A DNA stretch of 57,651 nt, counting the filler, from Catajapyx aquilonaris (Eukaryota): assembly GCA_000934665.2 (NCBI GenBank). It is 2 parts of 2 records of this genome, joined end to end, with 100 filler letters (N's around TTAATTAATTAA, not from the genome) between each part and the next. Parts side by side here need not be neighbours in the genome. Positions count along the whole stretch, not along the records: positions 1 to 28,793 come from JYFJ02004876.1; 1 more part is not named here. One strand, given 5' to 3'. The position numbers and the translations under genes were made by a program. Position 1 is the first letter of the stretch, and every line of letters begins with the position of its first letter. Of the stretch, positions 12,150 through 23,000 are shown one piece after another. The notes under the pieces were generated by a model. The model ran no database searches and was not told the DNA's origin. It was given only the letters and a program-made list of their open reading frames with translations.

Positions 12150-14065
12150 CTCTGCAATTTTAAAGTGCATTTTTTCACTGGGCATGGGAGATAGTCAGGC
12201 GAGATCCTGTGGCTGAGAAGTTTTATCCCAGCTAATGTACACTAATGGATTAGTATTGGAAAATTAACAATTGATTGATTTAATCTACGTAGCATATTCT
12301 TCCTGGTGAAAGAATTTTATATCAATTAGCGAAATGAATGACAAGCTCCTTGTGTGTGTGTGTGGTGTGTGAAGAGGTGATCAAAGACAAGGGTGAGAAG
12401 ACACCACTTGTAGTGTAGAAATGACAAATCAAGGTTTAAAATAGTTGTGGGAAGGTCTAAAGCTATCTGAAGGTTAGGCAAAGTTAGATATGGGACATGT
12501 ATCACATCCTAGTTTTCAAGATTCTGGTAGAGTAAATTTTGTTCTTATAATTTAATAATTTCATTGAAACCGTTTCCTCCATTGCGGGAATAATAGGTCC
12601 AGCGACTCCAGCCTATGAATTAATTTAATCGATTAAGTGACTTGATATTGTTGTTCTTCAAGGCATCTGAGCAAGTTCATTCATTCAGTGGGGTGTCAGC
12701 AAACTTTTTTTTTCACATTCGGATGTAATCTGCATGCCATAATTATACTGTCAATGAAAAATTTATTGGATATCTGTGAAGGGGTCCTTAACAATTGCAC
12801 TTTCTTAATAGGTCAGGCTTTAAGAGCATGCGTTGTAATTTTTGTCGTCTTGCAAGGCATTACCTAACATAAAAAGGTGGGAGTTATGCCAGATAAGATA
12901 GGATAAGGGATAGGTTTTGTGGCAAGCAGTTGTAAAGCCTAGGAGCCGCTGTCGCCAGTGGTGAAATTCCCCAGGTGAAGGTCATTCCTGCTAATGCTGG
13001 GTTTTGCATTGGCCATGTGGGATAGGACAAGAGTAGAGAGGGAAATTATGTGGGAAGGGATTGCCCTAGAGGAGAAGACGACCAACCATCCCTCCCCTCC
13101 TCCTCCACTACTACTTTCTCTCTCCCCCCCCCCCTCCCACCATCCCCAAGGGCAGCCCTAGGAGCAGTGAACCTCCTACTCTGTCTAGAACTCTAGATGG
13201 AGAGTAGTATGTTTCTTGGGACAGCAGCCACCCCTATGTCCCAAGCCTTCAAATGTACAAGCCTGGTTGCTCTATTGATTTTCAGCAGCAGGAAGGCTGG
13301 GGTTGGTCGGTTTGGGTTCAGGGAAGACTGACTGTGGGGTGGCTGTATGGATAGGGGGGAAAGGAGTAGGGAAGGAAGGGTCTGGGAAGGGGAGAGCACT
13401 CCTGGGTGCCTGCTAGGAACTTTTGTATGCACACCTGGGCAAGGTCCAGGTCATCTTTTTTTAACTCCCCTGCTTTTAAGCTCACTAGAAATGTTTCGGG
13501 GAGCACCACTTATTTCAAGCTGATACTGGGCGATACTGGGTGGTTCACTTTTGCATTCAGAATGATGATTTGGATGGGAATAATGCTTATGAATTTGACA
13601 TCTGTAGGGGGATTTATTGTGGCCATGAAAGAATGCAATATGGATATTGGAACTGGCAAATATTAAGCTGAACAAGGTGTCATGTACCTTACCTGGTGAA
13701 TGCACCTAATCTGCATATAGTACATTAATTATCAGCTGTTGTAAATTAAATGAGCAGCAAGACCGATTTTATACTATATTTTTTTATATTTACTCAGTGA
13801 ATCAGATTGTTAGGTCTCACTAGAATGGAGGCAATGAAAGGGAAAGCTGGTGCAATATCATGAATAGAGCTTTTGGTGTGTGAGCCTGTTACGTGAGAGA
13901 GAACTGTGGCAAATGTGTTCATCATGATTTGAAACGACTACTGCCACTGTAGCCAGTGAACCTGTGACCAGCAGGGTTTCTGTAGTACTTCAGTTGGAAG
14001 CTCTCAACTCGGCTGCACAATAATGTGACACTTTAGTAACATTAACTTCTCGATTTCCAGCAACA

Positions 14066-17000
14066 ATGTCGGTGGAGAAGGAGGAGCTGGTCCAGCGGGC
14101 CAAACTGGCCGAGCAGGCGGAAAGGTATGATGACATGGCAGCGGCCATGAAGGCTGTGACGGAGACCGGAGTGGAGCTCAGCAACGAGGAGCGCAACCTC
14201 CTCTCAGTCGCCTACAAGAATGTGGTTGGTGCCCGCAGGAGCTCATGGAGAGTCATATCCAGCATAGAGCAGAAGACAGAGGGCAGTGAAAGGAAACAGC
14301 AGATGGCCAAGGAGTACAGGGAAAAGGTGGAGAAGGAGCTTCGAGAGATCTGCTATGAAGTCCTGGTAAGTGCACTCCATGTCATAAAGGGCAGGACCTC
14401 TTCCTGACCAGGAGATCCTTGAGGGGCAAAGCATGTCTCTGACATTAAAACGAAGGGATGCTGCGGTCTGGACTGGGTTTATCAGGAAGGCCAGGAAGTG
14501 GGGTTTTACCCCCAGGCTTTGGGTCGGTTTCCAGCTCCGGAAGCCAACGCAAAGCGAAATGCCTATTGGGGGCGTAGGTGAGTGCAGGATCCGGAACCTG
14601 CCTTTTTTTCCCCGCCTTGATGAGATTGCACCTATTTCAATTCCAAAAGGATTAAGGAGGAGATGAGGTGCCTCTTCTCTCTCTCTTTTTTGGCCCCACT
14701 CTTGTCTCGCTGGGGGGGAATGCACTTCCGGAAATGTGTGTGGGCAGCCTAGTGGGGAGTTAGAGGGCGCATCTTTGAAGTAGGGCCAGCATCGATTTTT
14801 GGAGGTTGTTGAGCGCTTGGCCAAATGACTGGGAGAGAGCGAGAGCGGGAAAGAGTGGGCGTCGTCGCAACGCAGATGCAATGCGGAGTTATTGTAGGTT
14901 GGCTCCTGTGTGGGTGACGTCACAGGCGCGTCACCTTCATCCCTGCGGGTTTTCTAGAAGTATACACACATCTTTGGGAAGGGACCGCCCAATCAGCCTC
15001 CTGATGATCACTGTCCACCAGAGGGTGGCTGGGGAGGGCGTTGACATCCCCGTCTTGCCAGGCAGGCAGGGGGCAAGGTCTCGGACTCGCCTGCTAATAC
15101 TGCGTCATGGCTTGACCTTCTCATGGTGGCTGCTTTTTTTTTCTTTCTTTCTTGAGGGATCGGGTTGTGCGGGCGACGCGACGCACGCACTCCCAAACGG
15201 CCGGATTGCGTAAACGCAGGTCCATCGTTATAGTTTTCCCGGGGTGGGTTGTAGGAGGGAACCGCATTGCGGGGCTGTGACCCCACCCCCATTTTTCACC
15301 CTTTTTCGTGTGCGGGTTTTTGGGGAGGGGGAGATGAGGACCGGGCATCATTGCGTGGGTCACCGTGATTGTTCCCGTGTCCTTTTCCACACCCACGGAG
15401 GAGGGGACCCCATGGTTATGTAGTTCGGAGGGTGCACGTGTGCGGCGTTGCCACGTGTACTTTGGAGGTCGATTTTTTTTATACTCCCCATGAGGAGGGT
15501 CGATTTTAGTAGAGTGGAAGGGGCGTCAACCTCATACCGGGAACTTTGGTATTGATCAGTTCTAGTCTCAGAAGCGGGTAAGGGGACGGTGTCAACATCT
15601 CGAGGGAGCTGTCCATAGCGAAAAATTAATGCTATGCACGTCTGGTAATAAATCCGACTAATTGCGTTGAACTTCACAACAGTATGTTGGGGTCGCAGCA
15701 ATACCATGGTATCGATCAGGTCAGCGTCTGGCGGTGTTGTTCAGTAATGAAAGTTGCGGATGCTGATTTTTTCCGCTCCTGCAACGCATGGTAGCTGATG
15801 CCGGAGATAATATGTCGGCGTATTGAATCATCATCGGGGCTGCCTCGATGCAAATGTGAAATTGTGTTTACAAAGGTGCGTTATTGTCAGCGCACAGATA
15901 GGGACAAATGGGCACGTGAATGTCGGATACAAGCACTTTTAGTTAAGATTAATGGACCTGCGGAAATCCCATTACAAGGCTTGAACTGAATAAATTTCCG
16001 TTCCTCGGCTGGAATTCCTGCAGATTTTTAGCTTTGATTGAGATTTTTGTGGCGGCCCCATTGATGAGCTCCACACGATTCATTGCTCACTCATGGATTA
16101 TTCATTCCAGTTGCGTTTCCATTCCCAGTGCAATCACCTCCATTCGCCTACCACCAATTGCACCATTCTGCAACTGAATGTGTCGGATAACTGGTTCATA
16201 CCAGCCCGTCCGTCGTCGCGCGAAGTCTTCAATCAAGTGTGAATATGAAGGTGAATTCGCACAAAATGGCCGAGGCTAGGTGCAGTCTGCCCGGGACTTT
16301 TCCCCATTCGGGGTGATATTCCTGGCGCTGCCAAGTTGACAGAAGATTAAGGTGATAATTAGCTGTGCGTCGCCATCGCGCAGGTGATGAATAATTCGGG
16401 CCGAGATTCACACACACTCCTGCAGGTGGTTGCGCGACTACTCGCTTTATGGGCCGTCGGTATAGCCAGGAAATAGATGCACCCTGTGCCAGGGTCGGCC
16501 TCGAATACGCATTACTTCGGGGAATAAGCATTTCCATGCACATATTCTTGCACGTCACACCGGCGTGGCAAATGTACGGGGGAGGGGGGGGGGGGGGGGG
16601 GGGGGGNACAAACTATGCACTGACCTACATAGCTTGGTAGAGAGGAAAGGTTGCCTTACTTGGACACCTGCTATGTAGTGACGTGGCGCAATCACTTATT
16701 TACTCGGATGCTGCATGCTGAAGGGACTGTCGTTGCGAAGTAGCATTTGCGTCGGAGATTGGCATGTGTTGAAACTCCAAGCGTAGCACTTTACTTGTTA
16801 AAAAAGTGCATTGGGTCGTAGCGGCCTTCTGGGCATACACTGAGCTGGCATGCGGCTTTTGCGGGGAGGGAGGGATCCTCGCGAAAATCAGCATGTGATA
16901 GGGGCTGGCCTCATCTCCGTCGATGCTACCTTTTTCCGGAGGTAAAAGCCTCCGAACAGGAAGTGGGGTATTGATTTTTATGTATTTACACATCGGCCGT

Positions 17001-20000
17001 CCTCTCTCCGCCCCACCCGATTCCAATTTTCAGCGAAGCCAACACATCGTCCTGCCCTTCCGGTAGTAGGGAAATGAAGGTCAAAGGTTTCTGGGTTCGA
17101 CACGCGGGTAGGTGCACTCGCCCGGTTTTATCTATCAGCTTACATAAACTCAACATGGGAAGCAGAAGTGATGCACTCATGTATCGATGTACAGGTCTTA
17201 TCAGCCTTTTTTTTATAAAAAAAAATGTTGAGATTGCAGCCTGCGCAGTGGGGGTTATATGACCATTCAGCTGGTTTTACACACCCTCGTCATACCACCG
17301 GTTGTGTACGGCACAAAACCTCCCCATGCGTGGGTGGTCTTGGAATTCCGAAATGAATGAGTGGCGGGAGGGGAAGGGACTTCCTGGTTAGGGTTGTCGC
17401 TTGGTTGGGTCAGTTTGGAGTGGCCGGGTGGCAACTAGGCGACGCAAAATGCGGGGTGACTCATCGCCGTTTTCCCTGTACCCACTCCACTGCCAGCACC
17501 GCCTATCGCCTACAAAAGCATGCAGATAGAGAGACCAGGGGCGGGAGGGTTCCTTTTGATGAAATTTTGGGGATCAAGGGATGGGGAGTTGAGCTGGTCA
17601 GAGGAGGACCAAAGTTCATTTCTTTCCGTTTATCGACTGGCTGTGAGAGGTCGGGTGGCTCGGGTCCTCAGGGGCCGGAGTTGGCCAAGCTATCTGTGGC
17701 AGAGGCTTTTATCTCCGACGTCCTGCATCTATTAGGAGTTGGTGACGGTCAAGCTGATAGGGCTAGTATCGATGTAGGAACTTATCGAGTGAAAGGGCAC
17801 AAGTGCGTCCAATTTGCTAATGCTACATTAGGGCAATGGGAATGTTGGAAGTACGAAATGATTTTTGCTGTTGGATGGGGGGAAAAGGCGGAGATTCCGT
17901 GTTTTTTTTTTTTCTTCTTCTCCCAGAAAGGAAAACTAGTTTTATCTGCGAAGTAACCATGCAGTGAGCAAATAAAATACAGGTTTGGTTTACCCAAATG
18001 CAGATAAGTTAGGGATGGGGTGTTCAGTACCGATTTTCCCACAGCTGGTTTTTAAATCACTTGTAACACGCCAGTGCCATCTCTTGCCATATTGACCAAG
18101 GAGGGAACTAATAGTCCACTACACTTGGATAAGCAAGGACATTACAAAATTGATTGTGCCCCAATACAAAATACTGATATTTCGGGTCACATTCGGATCC
18201 AGAAGTGATCGGGTGCATGGTTTTTTGCCTTTGCCCTTTTAAGAGACTATAAATGGCATGAAGATAGGGCTGGTGCCATTAATTTGAGCTAGTTTCATGA
18301 GGGCGCGTCTTCCACATTGGGGTCAAATGATGTGGATTGGTTGTATTTTCCACGACCAGCACCCACATCACTATAAAATAATGTAATGGCTAGAGGTCCT
18401 ATTGATTGCAGGTGGGCTCAAAGCTTGCATGCCAGATTGCCAGTCAGTGAGAACACCAATAAAGGGACCAAAGGGAGGGAAAATAGTTTAGGGATGTTTA
18501 AGGACTTACAAAATTAGCACACAGTTAAGTAATAGTTACATAAATTTGTGAAGTATTTAATTACATTGTTGTTATTACTGCACTATTGATGATGTCTGAA
18601 AAGAAATTTGGATATACTCTTTAATGAAGCAAAATAATAAGCTGAAATGGTTGGAACACATCATACAAGTCCCCTGACTGCACCCAGACGAGGTCCCACC
18701 ATCACTTCAGAAATGATGTATTACTGAAATTTGAAGCTTCATTTTGAGAACAGTGCTGATAATTACTCCCTGTGGGCTTCATGCAGTTGTCAAAATAAAT
18801 TGAAGCTGCCATAATGTTGTAGGATAAGATTACTTAAAGCCGGTATCGAAGAAAAGGTTCTCCGGCATGAGTGAGTCCTCTTGATCGAAGAATTTTGTCC
18901 GTCGCGACGGACTGTATGTCACCTCAGGGCCCCTCTGGTCCCTCGGAAAGGGGATTAAAGTTGAAAATTTGCAACTTTTTCTTGTTCCTTTGGTCCGGGC
19001 ATGCACAGTTGGCTCCTCGTGCATGAGATAACTTTTACATGGATATGGCCCTTTAGAAGGTGCTTATGAAAGGACAAGTAGCTACATTATGTCAGTGGAG
19101 CTCTGGACATTTCCATTTTCTCCCTGCCTTATGCATACCATTGCTGAGAAGATTAAGACATACCACTTGGGTTTCTTTTTGGGCGAGTCATCCATAATGT
19201 CTCTCTCCATTTATGGTACATCATCCACAAATCTCCACCGGGGTTTTTACGACAAACTTGGATTTTAGAAATTAATTCAGAAAGTGGAAGTTGACTGAGG
19301 CACTCATGATGACATTGCCTTGTGGAGGTGTGCTAAATAGATAACAGAATTGCCTGATAGTTCAAGAATTATTGACAGGGGTTGCAACATGTGATGAAAT
19401 AAAATGTGAATGAGGGCTAGTAGCCAAGTACTGTGCATCAGTATAAAGCCAGGCACTGCAATTAATGCTGACCACACTTTAAAAAAAATCTTTGACTCTC
19501 TCGCGATGTTCCTGTTGTTGATACTTTAGGAATAGGCTGGCCAATATTCATCAATTAAATTTTGAATTTCCATGTTTGGATCTTTTGTCTAACTTTGGTA
19601 ATTAATATACATGGTGAAGGGAAACTCGCGGACAATCGTAGACTACTAGTATTCGTAAAACTAGGATGTGCAATTAGTTTTGGGCACCGTATATGCTGTA
19701 TATGCTTCAGATCCACAATTGGCACTTGAGGAGTGAGGAAACCAGGAAATCTGGTCTACAATAGAGGAAGTAGCGTTATCCTGGCCAGTTCATTTTTCCT
19801 GATCCTGTCCATGAAAATGAGCTAGGATGGAATGAGATAGTTTTTCAAATGGCATTTGAAGAAGCAGCATCATGCATTTATTCGTTTTAACCCAAATGTA
19901 AGAAAAATTGCTACCAACAAGGGTTGTGTCAGTCTACTTTACCTTGTCCTCTTTCTTGTAGTGAATAGGTATAGTGTGTCATTTTAGCAGGTTACAGAAT

Positions 20001-23000
20001 CAATCATTAGATAATTTGATGATTATGGGCCATATTCAGAGTCCTTCGCTAATGCAGCGCAAAAGTCCACACTAACTAGTGCGATGCTAGGTCCGCATTA
20101 GCGCCACACTAGTTGCTCCCATTCAGAGTCGCCTCACTGCCTGCTTCGAGGAGCGCACTAAGTTCGAACAATGCACTAGCGAGACGCGGTGTTGCCACGA
20201 TTTCACAGGCAGGTTTTTGGACACCGTCTGTGTGATAAATGGGCTTTTAAATATTGATGGATGCATGTCTTTTTCGATTTTAGTACATTTTATAGACCTG
20301 AAAACACATTTTAGACGATTAAATAATTAGTAATGACGAATTTACGCAAAAAAAAAATCTGAGCTGGGGTCGGCGGGCGACGATCTTCATTCGTGCTTCA
20401 TTTAACATTGATTTAATCCCCAGGGCGACGATCTTCATTTGTTTCCCCATGCTGGGGAAACAAATGAAGATTGAGCGCCAAAAATCGCTTAGCAGCAGTT
20501 TAAAAAGCCGCTAAGTTATTTTCAAACTACCGCCACTGCCTAGTTCGATGTTAGTTTGACGCAAAAGAAGGGGGTCCCCTTCACTAAGTTTTGCCTTAGT
20601 GCACCGCTTTAGCAGGATCGCACTAAGTCCACACTAGGCCCGAACTAGGCCTAAAGCGCGACTCTGCATGTGACTTTTCTTAGTGAACTGGGTCACGTGG
20701 TTTAAAGCACTGCACTAAACTCTTGTTGTTGACTCTGAATACAGCCCTATGTTAACAAGTTCCTCTAATTATTTATTGAATACGAAGTGTTAACTTTTTT
20801 TGTTGTGTTCAAGATTGTGAATTCCTGTCACATTGATTTATGCATTTTCACTTGACAGGGTCTCTTAGACAAGTTCTTGATCCCCAAAGCCAGCAATGCC
20901 GAGAGCAAAGTATTCTACTTAAAGATGAAGGGAGACTACTACAGGTATCTGGCAGAGGTTGCCACTGGAGACAGCAGGAATAGTAAGTACAGTATAAAAC
21001 TGGCCTTTGAAACATTTTGTTTACTAACCATTTCAGGTAATTTTTAACATGAGGGAGTTGTGATCACATGAGGTAACCACTCATGCAGTCAGCTGTATGC
21101 TTTGATGTGTAATGGCAGCATAATCACGAGTAAGTTCTAAAGCCCTTTACGGCAAATATGTGCAATTTTGAGTAATTACAGTCAGGTGTACATTTGAGTG
21201 GAGTAGTTACCTCCTGTCATGGTATATGTGCTTGCATGAGAGTTGAAGTGAATTCTTTCTTCATTCAGACATGTCCAACTTAAGAAGCAGTAATACTTGA
21301 ATTTAATGTGACATTATTGAGATTACTTTTGACATGTTTGTGTCTGAATGCTGCTTTAGAATTTGCCTTAACCGATGGCAATCAATCCTTTGCCTGACAA
21401 GTTACTGTAATGTAGTCACGGTAATTTGCTTATATTGGTGTCTGCTCATGCAGGCTGTTCCAGAAAAGACACCTCTTGAGAGCCAGTAATTTGAATATGC
21501 ACCTGATATACAGTATGTGCAGTAGTGCCAGGTCATTCTACCACTCTAATTGAAGGGTATGGTGGGAAAAGGTGATAACCCTCATTTTTGTCATTTTTTA
21601 CCTAAACACCTAGCAACTATGTAAAAGACATGGCAAACCGTTTGGTATACTCCTAGTTGACATATGGACGAGACGGCAACACGGACTAGATCAAAACCTG
21701 TATTCCCTATGATTTGTGAAGAGAGTGCAAACTTAAATTCAATTTCCTGAAAAATTACACTTTTGTGGGTTATCATCTTTTTCCACCACACCCCTCAATT
21801 ATCAGTGCACTTTACGTGCATGTCTTATTGAGAAACTCCTTGTTTCCTTTGTGTAAGTAACTGATCATATGCCATAATTATTTTTTGTGACAAGATCAGT
21901 CTTGGTGGACCATAACACCAGATTGCAGGTTTGAGAGTCACGAAGAGAGGCATTTTAAAATGAAAGGCCATTAAGAAAGTCAGTAGATGCAGAAGTCATT
22001 TCATTTGCCAGCACTTTGGGTTGATGCCAACTTTTGTGAGTGAATTATCAGAGCTAGTGGTAATAATTCTTTGCTGTACACAAGCAAAATGCCAAATGAA
22101 TTGTTATATTTTGTGTACAGGGTATCAATCCATGATATGTTATTGCAACATGTCAACTCATACACAGTGGTTTGATTTACGGATTGGCGAATTAATTGGT
22201 AGTAGCTATACCAGAAATGTTTACCATACAATGGCAACTAACATCACAGGAGGTAGATCATTAAAATAACTATTATAAATATCTGAACATTGGAATGCAT
22301 GGTCCAGGGTTAGCTGGCACCAAATCTCTGCCAAGTTCACACACTTATGTCATTAAACTTTCAAGCAGTGCAATTAGTCACTATCACTGGCTACCAAAAT
22401 TGCATGTGTAAAAAGTAAGCATTTATGAGACGTGTGTGCAACCAACAGTCGAATCTTATTTTGTTTCAACTGCAACTTTGGCATGACTGCAATTTTATAA
22501 GTTACAAATTAAACGGGGATGGCATAAAGTGGAACAGCCTGTTTTGTTAATCTAAAGCAGCGTTTCTCAACCTTTTTACCCGTGGGGAATCCTTGAAATA
22601 ATATCAATGTCTCAGGGATCCCCTACGTAAAAGTTATTCAACTTGTATATCAATTAATAACTCAGTAATAAATTTACATACGATTAGCCTTTTATCACTA
22701 CATACGTACGTATTTCTCACAGAACCCCAGTTGAGAAACGTTTGTCTGAAGGCAATATGAGTCAGAGGATGATTGTCGTATAAAAAAGAGTTTGAAATTT
22801 TAGCTATGAATTGACTTGCCCCTGGCCAATTTATTTCACACGACTGAGGTAATCAGTTGGCTATGTTGATATGTGTAAAAATTGTACACATACTAACCTG
22901 CTTTGACAACAACAGAACTTAACAATTACTTGGTGGAGTCGGTGACTACCTGGAGTAATTGTAGTTGGTTCCTTTTGATATTGTGAAGTGCTAATTGTCC

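Noticed and set aside
14412..14577. Cassette or poison exon after the first coding exon of 14-3-3zeta (GTGAGT donor at 14578, local hairpins)
   Set aside because: It needs a 46-nt intron, shorter than the 62-90 nt introns elsewhere, and has no homology support.
14243..17956. Long ORFs in 14-3-3zeta intron 2 (226 aa minus, 199 aa plus)
   Set aside because: No domain motifs; explained by high GC content and antisense overlap with a coding exon.
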